Source of the DNA: Selaginella moellendorffii
Taxonomy: Eukaryota; Plantae; Lycopodiophyta
Direction: 5' to 3'
Length of the DNA stretch: 64,000 nt
Assembly: GCF_000143415.4 (NCBI RefSeq)
Contig: NW_003314391.1
Span: 311,371-375,370, forward strand
Part shown: positions 12,609-25,187 of the stretch, piece by piece
Position numbering within the stretch: the stretch's first letter is position 1
Layout: each line of letters begins with the position of its first letter
Translations under genes and position numbers: made by a program
Notes under the pieces: model-generated
Told to the model about the DNA's origin: nothing
The model's database searches: none
The model's input: only the letters and a program-made list of their open reading frames with translations

Positions 12609-14347
12609 GAAAGAGAGAAGCAGACAAGCACTCGGGTGAATGTATCTATCTTCGTGGACAGTAACATCAGGGCTTTTGCTAGAGGTATGTGAGGGTCGTG
12701 TTCCTTGCAAAAATGATTCGTCAACTGTAACACCTGATCTGCAGGCCTACTTTGGGCTTCCTGATCATGCGAAAGTGGCTTGTACTGACGTGCCACCTCT
12801 ACGAGTTTCCTGCCAAGGTTTGTAGGTAGCTAGCTTATATAAAAGCATTTCGCGTCACAAACTTAAGCTCAAAGCTCTCTTGTGCTGTGACAAAGTGATG
12901 GCCTGTTCCCAGGCCATAGCACAAGCGAGTGATAGTGTGAAGGTCTCTAAAAGCTGTGGCTTGTCTCCCTTCTGCGTGCTGACGTAGAAAAATTCACTGC
13001 AAGAATCCTCTCAAGGCCGTACGAGCTCTCCTGGTACGTGCTGGTTGTTTTCATTGTGATTGCCTGCCGAGAGCTGTGTGTGTATGTTCTCTATAATGGT
13101 CTTGTGTCGTCTTGTGCGATCTAAGGCTGCCTGGCTGGTTGGCGTCCTTCGCGTGAGCGTCTTGTATTCTCTTTTCTGTCCTTTTGGCTATGGCCACTAT
13201 TAGAATGATAGCGTGGTTTAATTTGTCTCTAACGCCATGCTTGTTACGTCCTTACAGGTTTGTTGTGGAGAGCAATGTCTCTTTCTCCATTCGGGTCCAC
13301 GAAGTTATGGGACATGCATGCCGGCTTCTTGCTGCTGGCATTTCCCCAGGGAAGGAAAAGCGACATACAGAAGTAAGTGGAGCTATACTCATTTAAGCAT
13401 TGCGCAGCCGGAGAGACTTTGCCAACTGTTAAAGGGAAAGCAATGCTTTGCTTGAAGCAACAAACAGGTAACAAGATCCATTTCTAAATTATGATCGTCA
13501 CACTGAGCATTCCCGTCCAGCTCCCGGCTTTGGAGCGTTTGGAGCGGTTCTCACTGTTTTATTCCACTGAAGTTACTACTTTGCTAAGCTAGCTGCAACA
13601 GTAGATCGAGTGCTAAGCAGCAGAGATAGTGCTCTCTGGTCCCCCAAGAGACGCGGGCCACAAGGAGAAGCTTTTCATGATACCCGGTAAAAGGTTCGTC
13701 CTGCAAAAGCAACCACCAATGCGTGGCTTGAAACTTGGGGCGGTGTCGGCTCCAGAGAACTTGCGGTGTGCATTGCGCCAGTTCACTCTCAGTTCCGAGG
13801 GAGAGTGGCAGACGCATTTTTCCACCGCCAGCTGCTGATCAAAATCTCACTGTCAGTGTGACTCCACCCTGCAAAAACTGGGAGAAACTCGACTCCGAAT
13901 TAAGAGAACAAATGGTGGAGGATTGCAGATCCGAGCTCCAACAAGCTCCCGAAAGGCAAAGGACAAGAGAATTCACGAGCGAGCAGGCAGAGTTAGACGT
14001 TTTCGAGAGAGAGAAGGAAGAAGACACGACACGATCAGTAGCAGCAGCAGCAGCACCGGCCTTGAATTTGGAAACAAGGGAACCTAGGATCACATTTCTT
14101 CCGGCGGTGCAAGCAAGTGATAATTACACTGCTCGAGCTCAGCGGAGCATATCACCACCCAGGAAGTTCGCAAACCCGGCCCTCCTAGGTTCCTTTATTC
14201 CCAAACACAAGACAGAAGCCAGAGGTCCGTGTCTGGATGGATGGATCAAACCAAGAACGGAGTTCTTACAAGTCAAGGCGGCCCCCAACGAGAACAAGTG
14301 CTCAAGCGAAAGAAGTCTGATCGAGAAGAACCATAGTTCGCAGATCC

Positions 14348-14410
14348 AGAAGAAGAACAGAAGAAGAAGAAGAAGAAGAAGAAGGAGAAGGAGAAGAAGA
14401 AGAAGAAGAT
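14348..14410. repeat. (GAA)n/(GGAGAA) microsatellite
   Basis: Direct run of AGA/GAA triplets; it produces the spurious poly-Arg and poly-Phe ORFs. Confidence 0.95.
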
Positions 14411-15153
14411 CTTCGTTTCGACAAGAGGGAAGAAGAAGCAGATCTTCGTTTCAATCAACAAGAAGGAAGAAGAACACCAAACAAGAAAGAAGAAAACAAG
14501 CAGCAAATAGCTAAACACACGATTCAACAGACACTGAGGCGACGGATCCTTGCACGCGAACTATTTATCCTCCGGCGAAGATGCTGGCGGTGCAAAGCAG
14601 GGGAGGCTCCATCTCCGGCTCTCTGTCTCTCTTTCACACACAGGGAGAGAAAAGAAAAACTTTCCATATTCATTAAAAAATTGAAGCTCTTACCGTTTCG
14701 AGAAAGCCCCTGTTTACGCGACCCGCGCATCGAAGCCGTCCATTCTCAGAGAGCTTTCCATTTATATCCATGTCACGTCGCTATCGCCACCATTAAAACC
14801 AGCTTCCCGGAGCGCATTACGCTACACTAGCACCAAAGATTTCCATTTCCTCGCATTGCAATTTTTGAGAGTCAGTGCCACGGCTTCTAGGGTTTTTGTA
14901 TCCAACGGCAAGCATCACGCCACGTGGAGCGGCATGAAGGCGCCAGTTAATCTTGTTAACTTTTTGCTTAATCCATTAACCATGGGTTAGTCAGCCTTTT
15001 ATTTCGCGGATTTATTAATATAAACACCCTGGAAAACATTTCCCAGGGCCGTGAAATGCAACGAGACGAGAGAGTGACGAGAGAGACGCTCGTTCTTTTT
15101 GTTCTTCCTTCTTCCTGTTGCTGCTTTTTCGTGGCTCCCCGGAGTGATCTTGC

Positions 15154-15891
15154 TCACTTCTTGGAGCGGCGGGGCCGCTTGGATCCCCACACCTCGAATC
15201 TGGCGGCGGGGCAGCCACACCGAGCTCGAAAAACCAGCACCGCCCGCCCGTTTGGAGGAGCCATCCTCTTGAGCTCCGCCTCCAGCTCCTTTTGATCCTG
15301 CGCCAGCTGCAGCCCCTTGTCCAGCAGCACAGCGTTGGTCGGCGGCGAGCTCTTGACGCACTCCTCCGTCTCGAGCTGGATGTCGCACTCCATGGCGTTT
15401 TTCAGCCCCTTGCACGACGGGTTGCCGCACTTCCTCGACTTAAACTGGTACAGCTCCCACATCCCGATCACCGACGCCGAGGTGAGCACCGCCGCCAGCG
15501 CGTAGGCGACGGGAGCCTCGTACACGACCTCGCCGATGAAGAGGAACGTTGCCGGGAGGATCTCGATGATCTCGTTGCACACCAGCTTGAAGTATGGCGT
15601 GAAGAGGAAGGCGCAGGCGGCGAGAGCCACCAAGAGGATGAGGATGTCGATGGCGGCGGTGGAGCAGCGGTCGCAAGGTGGCGATGATTGGTGGTGGTGG
15701 CTGTTTACGCCGCCGCCGCCACCATTTGCTTGCTTCTTTGATCTAACTGGTTTGTACCTGGTTGTGCTGCTGCTACTGCTGGTGCTGCTCGAGGAGCCGA
15801 AGGTCAGACGGTCCGAGAGCATGACGGACTTCACCATTCCACACTGCCGCTTGATGATTCTGCAAGCTCTTGACAGGCTCCGGCAGACCAT
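15154..15891 (-). CDS. Uncharacterised At5g19025-like membrane protein (RPL34e-like C-terminal region)
   Basis: 245-aa ORF with PPCDRCSTAAIDILILLV, RKCGNPSCKGLKNAMECDIQLETEECV, LEAELKRMAPPNGRAVLVFRARCGCP..EVWG. A 5'UTR intron acceptor lies at about 15912. Confidence 0.85.
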   Translation of the reverse strand: MVCRSLSRACRIIKRQCGMVKSVMLSDRLTFGSSSSTSSSSSTTRYKPVRSKKQANGGGGGVNSHHHQSSPPCDRCSTAAIDILILLVALAACAFLFTPYFKLVCNEIIEILPATFLFIGEVVYEAPVAYALAAVLTSASVIGMWELYQFKSRKCGNPSCKGLKNAMECDIQLETEECVKSSPPTNAVLLDKGLQLAQDQKELEAELKRMAPPNGRAVLVFRARCGCPAARFEVWGSKRPRRSKK

Positions 15892-16714
15892 CCCCGCGTG
15901 CCAAGGCTAGGGCTGGAAAACACGAAAAGAGAAACTTAGTTTGGTCCCTTCTCCTCAAGGCACAGCACAAGAAAACCGCTAGAACAGAGTCCAAACAATC
16001 TAAGATTGACAAAAGGAGAGAATCTGAGCTGGAAAACACAGAGAAACTTAGTTTGAAAGAAAGCTCTCAAGGCATTTTAGAGGTGTAACGACAACCAGCA
16101 AGAAAACCACGAGAACAAAGTATCGAAAAAACTCTAGATTGACAAGATGTGATCTCAAATCCCAGAAACCACAGTGCTCACAGAAAGAGTTGAAAAAAGA
16201 AAAGAAAGACACGAGAGTAAAATCAAGGACAAAAGAAAAGACCACACAAACGATGAACGTTCCCAGAAAGAGTCAATCGGCAATGGATTCCGCGAGACGC
16301 AAGCTCACAAAGAAAGAGTTGCCCTAAAAATCGAGATCTCAATTTCGCCATGCAATCCGGCTGCTCCGGCAGTGACACATACCTAGAAATGCGATCTGAT
16401 CGCGCAAGATCCACGCAACAAAACCCTCGCCCTCGCGATCGCGCGACCCCGAATTCCGCCTCCGGCCGAAAGATTTGTGGCCAATTGGCGATGAGCCGAT
16501 GAGCCTGGAAGAACCGCGGCTATGGCGCGCGGCTCGCCATCGGCATCGGCATCGCTAGCGCCATCGCAGCAGCACAGCCTCGGAAAGAATGTAAACCAGG
16601 AGAAAACGGACAAAGCAAAGACGAAAGAAAGAGATGAGGGCAAATGGAAGGAGAAAGTAAACGCGATTAATGACCTTTAGGGCTTTTTGCTGACGTATGC
16701 CCTAAAAGTCCCGT

Positions 16715-18928
16715 TTAAATCGCTTGCTCTAGGTTTAAGGGTCTTCGAGCAATGGTGTTTGCTAGAGCTACACACGAGCTCCCATTTCGTGGATCGATCG
16801 AGAGGATGTTCTTGGCGATATCTCGACCAACATTTAGATTCGAGCTTCTCTCGCAAGATGCGAGGAGTGATCCACAAACCACAACGTCGGCGATGAATGG
16901 CATGTTGTCTATCAAATCTCTCGCCTCTCCAAGCTTGCCGGATCTCCCGAGAGCGTCAACCAGGCTGCAATAGTGTTCTTTGGACGCCACCATTTCATAG
17001 TTCTCGCCCATGGAGGAAAAGTAGGACAAGCTCTCGGATACGAGGCCGGCATGGCTGCATCCGGCGAGAATCTTTGAAAATGCCGCGGGATTCAGCTCGA
17101 TTCCCTCCATTTCCATGCTCCTGAAGGCCTGGGTGGCAATGGATCTCCCCGCGAATCTGGAATATGCCGCGACCATGGTACACCACGACGTGGCGTCCCG
17201 CCTTGGCATCCTCTCAAAAGTGAGCTTTGCCGCGAGGAGATGCCCGTTCTGGGCATATGCCGCGACCATGGTGTTCCACGTCACCATGTCCCGCCATGGT
17301 AGCACCGCAAAGGTCGCCTCGGCTTGTTTGAGGTGAAGATTCTGTGAATATGCTGCTATGATCGCGTTCCAGGCCACCACGTCGCGCTCGCGGATGCCGT
17401 CGAAAGCTTCCTTCGCGCGGTCCAGATGCCCCCCGTGGCCGTAGGACGCAACCATAGCCGTGCACGTGGCGGCATTTTGTAAGGGCATGCGTCCAAACAC
17501 CTGCTCGGATTCGTGCACGTGTCCTTGGAGTCCGTACGCTGCGATGAGGGACGTACACGACACGATGTCGTGCTCGGGCATGGAATCGAACACCAGCCTG
17601 GCCTGCTCCAGTTGACCCTTCTCGGAATATGCGGTGACCAGCGTCGTCCAAGATGCGAGATTCCACTCCGGCATCAAGTCAAACCGCGACTTGGCATCTT
17701 CCAGATGGCCGCCCTGGGCAAATGCCGTCAAGAGCGCATTCCAGGAAAGAATATCTCTTTCGTTCATCGAGTCGAAAAGTCGTGATGCCGCGTTGGTCTC
17801 TCCGTACCGTCCGTACGCGCCAATCATGGTGTTCCCGCTGACCACATTGAATTCCGGCATGGCGTCCAGCGTGGCCCTAGCGGCGTCAATGACACCATCG
17901 CCGGCATATGCGCCCAGCATCAAGCTCCACGAGGCAATGTCGCGCATGGGCATTTGCCGGAATAGGCTCTCCGATTCCCGCATATGCCCGGCTTGGGCAT
18001 ATGCCATTAGCATCGCGTTCCACGAGAAAACGTCGTGCGTGGCCATTTCGTCAAACAGACGCTTCGCCTCATTCACGTTACCATGCTGTGCATGCATTGT
18101 AAGTACCGCATTGTACGACACTATGGTAAACTCGGGAGATTCGTCAAAGATTCTCAACGCCTCGCTAATATGCCCTGCCTGGGCATATGCCGAGACCATG
18201 GCCGTCCAGGTCACCACGTCGCGGTCGGGCATTCTATCAAAAACTACTTTTGCCTCGTCAAGATGCCCGCTTAAGGCATATGCCGAGAGCATCGACGTCC
18301 ACGCACGCAAATCTCTCTGTGGCATTCTATCGAAATAATCCTTTGCTTCGCTGACTAAACCATTTGTTCCAAATGCCTGGATGATTGTGTTCCAAGCAAT
18401 TGGATCTGGATCTACGAGCCCATCAAATAAGAGCTTTGCTTTCGTGAGATCTCCTTTTTGGGCATAGAGGGATATCAAAGTCGTCCATGATACCATGCCC
18501 TTGACGGGCATTTGATCGAACAATCTCTGCGTTTCCTCGATAGATCCAAGACGAGCATACGCGGCGATCATCGAATTCCAGCACACCGAATTCTTCCAAG
18601 GGATTCGATCGAAGAAGTTTCTGGCCTGATCGAGGCTGCCGCTATCAACGTAGGCGGACAGCATGATACCCCACGAGAAGGAATTGGGGCGGCGAATGGA
18701 ATCAAACACCGATCGAGCTTCATCGATCGCTCCACACTTTCCATACAATTCGACGATGAGATTGGAGAGATACCTGTTCTGCGAATGCTGGCTCGCAGCG
18801 ACGCGAGAGTGAGCGTCCCGGGCTCTCGACACATCACAAAGAACTCCACAGGATCTAATCAAGGTCGCGAGCTCGTCAACCTCGCAAAGCTCTTGAGATT
18901 TGGACTTTACGAGAGGTTTCATGATCAC
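16715..18928 (-). CDS. PLS-class pentatricopeptide repeat protein with E-type C-terminus, no DYW
   Basis: 737-aa intronless ORF of tandem PPR motifs, ending LAGCSHAGL..HYCSLVDALGRSG..MPFIAD. Confidence 0.93.
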   Translation of the reverse strand: MIMKPLVKSKSQELCEVDELATLIRSCGVLCDVSRARDAHSRVAASQHSQNRYLSNLIVELYGKCGAIDEARSVFDSIRRPNSFSWGIMLSAYVDSGSLDQARNFFDRIPWKNSVCWNSMIAAYARLGSIEETQRLFDQMPVKGMVSWTTLISLYAQKGDLTKAKLLFDGLVDPDPIAWNTIIQAFGTNGLVSEAKDYFDRMPQRDLRAWTSMLSAYALSGHLDEAKVVFDRMPDRDVVTWTAMVSAYAQAGHISEALRIFDESPEFTIVSYNAVLTMHAQHGNVNEAKRLFDEMATHDVFSWNAMLMAYAQAGHMRESESLFRQMPMRDIASWSLMLGAYAGDGVIDAARATLDAMPEFNVVSGNTMIGAYGRYGETNAASRLFDSMNERDILSWNALLTAFAQGGHLEDAKSRFDLMPEWNLASWTTLVTAYSEKGQLEQARLVFDSMPEHDIVSCTSLIAAYGLQGHVHESEQVFGRMPLQNAATCTAMVASYGHGGHLDRAKEAFDGIRERDVVAWNAIIAAYSQNLHLKQAEATFAVLPWRDMVTWNTMVAAYAQNGHLLAAKLTFERMPRRDATSWCTMVAAYSRFAGRSIATQAFRSMEMEGIELNPAAFSKILAGCSHAGLVSESLSYFSSMGENYEMVASKEHYCSLVDALGRSGKLGEARDLIDNMPFIADVVVCGSLLASCERSSNLNVGRDIAKNILSIDPRNGSSCVALANTIARRPLNLEQAI

Positions 18929-18991
18929 ACAACTTCATGAGATATTTGCGTGTATAAAAAAAAATCGAAGCACTCGTATCAATCTCTAGGC

Positions 18992-20224
18992 CTACGAGTT
19001 GATCGCGCGGCAATTCGATCGAACCTGCGTGGCTTCCGAGTTGACGACGCTGGTGAGCTTGACAAACGCTCGCGAGAATGTGTCGAAGAACAATCCCTGG
19101 TTCTGAGCAAACTTGGAAGTGTAGATCGAGGTCCTGGGATCGCTCTGGACAGCGGCATCAAGCGCGAAGAGCACCCGCCGCGAGGCAGCGTCCTTGAAGA
19201 ACATGTTGTCGAATCTAAACATGGTTGAATCGTTTGGGATGGCCGTGATGTTGAGGTAGAACTTTGGACTCGGGCACAACACTCGCAACGCCATCGAGTA
19301 CATGAGATCCATCTTGGTATCAACGCTTGGATAGAGCCGGTTGACAACGCTCAAGCAGTGCCCAACTCCAAGAGTGTGAGCTCCTGGAACCAAGTATATC
19401 ACCAAGTATATCAGCCAAAGAGAAGGAAGAGCCGCTCGATCGATCGAAAGAAACTAGAGACTAAGACCAAGGAAACTATGGGAGAACACACTCACCGAGA
19501 AGAGACACAGCCTCTTGCGGGTTAATTCCCATGGACGCGAAGTCTTGGAGAATTTCCTCCACGGAAGAAGTGGCAGTGGCAAGCTTGCGATTAGCGGTAG
19601 CGAGGTCCGCTCTCGTGCTATCTTTGCGACCCGTTAGAACAGGAATGTTTGGTCCTCCAGCCTGCAAATTCTCGCTAAGGCAAACAAAGAAAAGAGAGGA
19701 AAGGAAAGATCTTCTTACCAGCAAGATGGAGTCTCGAGCAGCTAGAGCGATGATGTCAGCGCAAGAGACAGTGCGCGGGCAGCTCCCCTCCAACGACGCC
19801 TTGATCCTATCGATGAAATCCACGCGACGAATGCCAAAGTTCTTGGGAGATTCCAGCTCGCTCTGAAACTGTGCAGTGGAATCCAAGATGATCGATGCAT
19901 CGCAGCCCTGGAAAGCACAGAAGAATCGTCTAGATGATCCAAGAACACCTGTAAGGAAAGAATCCATACCATGACATCGCAATCGTGGAAGGCGAGGCGA
20001 AGCAATGCCGCTCCAGCGGTGGGATCTTGCATGAGGAGCGTCATGAGCGTCTGGCGCACGATGGTCTCGGCATTGGGGCAGCTGGATCCGTAGTATCCCA
20101 ATCGCAGTGAGGTGGAAGTGGAATTTCCCAGAGCTTGCGCCCGCGGTGACGACTCCTGATCCACTGCGCGGCAAGAGATTGCGAGGAGGAGGAGGAGAAG
20201 CAACGCGAAAGACGCCATTGCCAT
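18992..20224 (-). CDS. Class III secretory peroxidase (4 exons)
   Basis: Signal peptide, YYGSSCPNAE, AALLRLAFHDC (distal His), GCDASIIL, VSCADIIALAARD, GRKDS, LLGAHTLGVGHC (proximal His), FDNMFF, QVRSNCRAIN*. Confidence 0.95.
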
Positions 20225-23200
20225 CGATCGCTCCCGATCGAATGTACGAAGAGAAGGTTGCCGCCCTCCTGCTCAGCGGTGGCGCCCAGCGCGCGATTAT
20301 GAATCCATGGCGCAGCCAAATCCATTACGCTAGCAGTTGGATGGAGGCAGGGCGCGCTCGGCTGACTTCACGCAACGGGCAGTTCGTCCGTGAAGCGCCA
20401 CCGTCTGGAATCTTTTCTATGAATTTTAGGGTTCCTCCTTTTGCGTTTGAGAGTGGATTCTCATGCCTTGTTCCAGAGCTTTGATGAATCTCTTCTTCTC
20501 TGGCCGCTAGAGCGGAGCAAGCCTTGAGGAATCCTGGATTTGCCAACTGGTCTGAAGAAGCTATGTCAGTCTTCTCAGCCTGATATCTTTCCTTCGTTTT
20601 GATACTAAAACCGATGGAGCCGCTCCGACGAAAACATGAACTTGCGCAGACCAATGATCCGCTCGCTGAGCGTGGCACCTCTACGCTTTGGGAGGAGCAT
20701 TTGATACTTGTATAGTACAGTAACTAGGGATTTCATTGGTACACTTGGCCTCATGAAGGAAATTCGGGCTCCAAAAGCTTGACAATCTGAAAGCACATGT
20801 TCTTGTTTATTTTGCCGACATTTTCTTTCTTATGGTGAGGGATGTTCAATGTGTTTCTTTTTCCTGGTGAGATACTAGTTTTCTTGGCTCAGTGTAGGGG
20901 TGTCAGCACAAGAACTTTACAAGAAAAGGATTTCGCACTGTACTTGCAGCTGTGCAGGAAGCATGCAATCCCCGTACAAGACGAAATAGCAAGATACGCT
21001 ACTGTCAATGATTTCCAAGGTGAAATGGGAAGGTCTTGGAAGGTCCTCATCCACTTTTTCTATACCAGTTAGATGAGGGTAATGGCAGTGAGTAATGGTT
21101 GAGATAGGATTTTTAAAACATCCAAGCATGGACAAAGAGTTCAAGTGATCTGTGATGGTAAGCTAATAGAGTAGTTCATAATCCATGAGGGGTCTTAGAA
21201 ATAGAAGCAATGACCAATGCAGGGCAAAAAAAAAACAATAATTTAGATGGTTTTTAAGGGTAGTGTTCATTATTTTGAGGTGATTGTGACACCAAGTTGG
21301 TTTTCTATATAACATCATCCATGGAATAAAAGTTGTCTTATGACATGTTTTCACCAACTTTTGAGTAAGAATATTGGTTTTGGACTAACCTTTTCAACAT
21401 TTGAATGATAGACTGATATCATTAAAATGCAAACACACTTTAAACTTGCTTACATGGAATGTTGAATAAAATTTTAAACTAGCTAACAAGTCTAAAGTGT
21501 AAATAAAATCCCTTAAAAATTGTCTAAAGCCCACAACACTATAGGGACAATTAACAATTTAATAATATTAATTTGCCAATTGTCTCATTCTTGAGTTTGT
21601 CTTATGTTCAACTTTGCCAAATTCAAACAATCACATATGTACTCTTGAACAACCAATTAAGTATCACTCAAACCTAAGAATGTTTAACTTTAAGTATTTT
21701 AAGATAATTGGAATAAAAAAGCACTTTTATTGATGTCTTTTCCCTCTATATCATAGAATTAATTTTTCACCACTTTATAGTAATTAAGGTGGACAACCAA
21801 ACTTCACATCTAGATTCATATTTGAAAGTGAATAAATTAACCTCTAAAATTCCTTATGTGTTCGGTGGGATTAAGATCTATTGTTTCTTGTTTTAAAATA
21901 ATGAATATAATATATTAAATATAAATTTTTAAATTTAAACTTTCAAAAAATTCACCCAACTCAATATTATATAAACTCAAAGATGTTTAATTAAGATTTT
22001 TAACTAATTGAAAAAAAAGTGTAATCCTTTCCTTTTATATTGCCTAAAAGATCATCTTTTGAGTCATTATTTTTTACTACTTATAAAATAACAACATATT
22101 TCAATGTGTTCCAGCCATGCCATAAAAAGAAATTAGATATATTTACCGCAGGTACGAGCTCCAAAGGTAAATAACTCTCCTTAAATTGTTTGACAAACTG
22201 TTTAGCCAAAGAGCCTTGGTTTATGGAGAAAGAGGCCACTTGTTTCCTCCCATTTTCTCCTTGGCCTTGTTCCGGTTGAAGGCCCAGAATTGGACCAGGT
22301 CCATGGCACCCATCCTCGTTAGCACAGTAGAACCCACGCACAAAAACATAATCTCATGATACTTCTCACGCCCCATATATCTTCCAGGAATGCACGTTTG
22401 TGCCAGTCATCAGTAAGCTCACTGGAAGGCTACAAGCAGCACTACGAGACACTTGCGGACGTACCACTGCCTGTTTCACACTACCCTTGTAAAACCTTAG
22501 AAGACTCTTTAGTATACAGAAATCGAGATCTTTGGCAGTGTCCTGGACTAGACCGAACTTTCATGGATGTTTTTCTTGCAAGTTTCACGTAGATTGGGAT
22601 GGCAGTGTGGAAATGCAAGATCTTAAAACCCAATACACCTTATATAAAAAACTGAAAGGAAAAACTATTGACCAAGCACAAAGATGCTTTACATCACCAA
22701 CAACCTCATCTCTATGTACACTCATGCGGCAATGGCTGGAGGCCACCTAGCAGACAGTCTCATCAGGCATCATTGTCCCATGATCCCTGCAAGACAACAG
22801 CCATCTGGCGTCAAGAACAGCGAGAGCAGAATACAATTGGAGGAATCGCGAGCTGCAATTCAGCGTCTCCTACAGGATCTAGAACGGCTCACAGGTAACC
22901 TCGAGGAAAGACAAGGAAAGAAATCACTGACAAAAGAGACTGCGGAAGCTGCTCCTAAAGAGGAAGATGCTGCAGACGAAGAGAACGAGGACGATCTTCT
23001 GGGATTAAGGAGAGAGCAGCTGCTACGATGCCTGAGCTTGCAAACGTGGTGGCGCCAGTAGGAACCCGTACTGCGATCAAATTTTGGTACGCGGACCGCC
23101 TCAACTACTCGCTTGACAATTTGCCGTCCAAGGAGCAGGTTCTGCTCGTGCATTGCGATGGATGATCCTGCTGAAGAGCTGCCTTTTGAGATCAACTGGA

Positions 23201-23379
23201 CGCCGAGGTACTACAGGTGTGAAAGGTTGGAATGAAATGCCCTTTATAAGGCAATACGCTTCTGCTTTTGATGCATTGAACCATGGGCATAATAGCTTGA
23301 CAAGATTTCTCTGCGTCTGGAAGGCATGAGTTTCTTAGTTTCAAGCCGGAGAGAATTCTCGGAAAGAGAAGAAAACGTG

Positions 23380-23425
23380 AACACCTGTACCATGACATCG
23401 CAATCGTGGAACAGCTGGAGCCAAT
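23380..23425 (-). pseudogene. Short remnant of peroxidase exon 1 end
   Basis: TTCCACGATTGCGATGTCATGGTA (FHDCDVM plus donor site) is identical to the exon 1 end of the peroxidase at about 19967-19990. Confidence 0.6.
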
Positions 23426-23835
23426 CGCAGCGGTTCTTACCAAGAGACTGCGAGGGCCGAGGAGGGAAAGCAGAGATCGCTCCTGATTTCCCAGCCAAAA
23501 TAGTTAGTATCGCTCCTGATTAGCCAGTATAGCCTTCTAGTTTCGACACTCAGATAGTTGAGCTCCGAGCAGGGAAGGACGTTTTGCAGCGTGGAGCAGC
23601 AGCGATGAACTTCGTAGTTTTGTACAAGCAGCAGCAGTGGAACTCTTCTCGTCATCTTCGCGGGTTACTACTGCCTTAGAAGACGCCACATTTAAAACAA
23701 GACAAAGAAAAACAACATGAGAATCTCGAATGCAGCAGCTGCAGCACAAAATGTTCGAGATCCACCTTGTCGAACAGCGATCCCAATTTAAAAGCTGGAA
23801 GGAGCGGCTGACTGATAACAATGATGAACAAGTTT

Positions 23836-25187
23836 TCACGAGAAGAGTTCCCTAACTTGGCACATAGAAAGGACCGCTAAAACCGTGCGCAATACAAACT
23901 GCCCATCATCCCTTATGCGGCACCTTCCCTCTTCATCTTCCTCGTCGTCCTCGTCGTCCTCCTCGTCCTCCTCGTCATCTTGTGGTGCCTAAAAGAAAAC
24001 AAAGAGTCTGTAGAACGCACTTTTCGAGAGTAACTTACCTCCTCCTCCCACGGTAGATGCACCTGGCTCTTCCTGATCTTGGCATACGCAGTTTCACCAT
24101 GATCATCGTCCTCGACGAACAAAAAGTTCTGGATGAGCTGCAGGATGTTGAGACACTCGTCGAAGCTCTGGTATGGAGCGCTGAGCTTGTCGACCACCAT
24201 GCGAAACAGCCAGTTCTCACCGCAGTTGAGCCTCTCCAGGACGATCCTCTTGACAGCGGGCGAGTACGCAATGGCCAGCTCGATCCAGGGCTCTGGAATC
24301 TGGAGACGTCGCAGCCAGTTCTTGGGGATCTCCCCCATCTACACAATGACACGACAACAAACAATGGAGGCTTCCAAAGTGAATCCAAAAAAGCTTACCT
24401 TCCAGGTACCCGAGTTTAGAACATGGCAGGAGCTGACCGAGAAAGTCCCGGCATCCAAGTCGATGATGTAGACGTACTCCATCATGAGATCAAGCTCCGG
24501 CTGCTCCATCACGGGCTCTCGATTTGACACGAACACGCCGAGCTCGAGCAAGCGAAACCAGAGTCGCTCGTGGGACTCGATGTTCCGGCACAGGAACGCC
24601 CATCCGTTTCCTCCTCCCAGTTTCTTCTCGGCCTCGTTCCGGATGAAGGCCCGGAACTGGACCGGGTCGTCAAGAATGGCAGCCATGGTCGCTATCACAG
24701 CATCACCCACGCTCCTGATGGAGTGATACTGCATCCGCCCCATATCTTCCAGGTATTCTCGTTTGCGCCGGTCATCACCACCAAGCGTGTAGTCGCGGAC
24801 AGCGTCGATGATCGCGTCCGAGGGTTGATGCTCGCTTCTCTCTTTACCTCCGCACTGTCGAGCAAGAGTTAGACGGGAAGCAGAAAAGATGAAAGCTTGA
24901 GCCTGATCAGAGAGAGGAAGAAAGATGAGAGCTTGAGCCTGATCAAAGAGAGGAAGAAAGATGAGAGCTTGAGCCTGATCAGAGAGAGGAAGAAAGTTGA
25001 GAGAGGGGAGAGAGATCACCTGGATGAAGACGGCCTTGTCGAGCAGGCGCCTCCACTCTTCCGGGTCCGGATGATCCGCGAGCAGCGCTACGAGACGCTC
25101 GCCGACGTACTCGAGCTGCCCCCACTGCTTGTAGAGAAGATAGTAGACGCCTTTGTAACGGTACGAGATCCACGCTCGCATCCCCAT
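23836..25187 (-). CDS. Orphan spliced gene; MGxR..YRYKG..EYVYIIDLD-type hypothetical protein with acidic tail
   Basis: Predicted exons 25187-25020, 24854-24399, 24338-24039 and a last exon from about 23988 to the stop at 23836-23838. All introns are GT-AG and frame-preserving. GC-rich codon usage. Confidence 0.7.
24884..25002. repeat. 3+ copies of a 36-bp tandem repeat in intron 1 of the orphan gene
   Basis: GAAAGATGAGAGCTTGAGCCTGATCAGAGAGAGGAA repeated. Confidence 0.95.

Noticed and set aside
14262-14280. CCTTGACTTGTAAG resembling a tasiARF sequence (minus strand)
   Set aside because: Imperfect, no miR390 sites seen, and better explained as a splice donor.
13735-14514. 259-aa plus-strand ORF with poly-Arg
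   Set aside because: Driven by the GAA microsatellite; antisense to a CT-rich leader/intron.
20500-23200. Exon-like fragments and short ORFs
   Set aside because: No family recognised and frames are broken; left uncalled.
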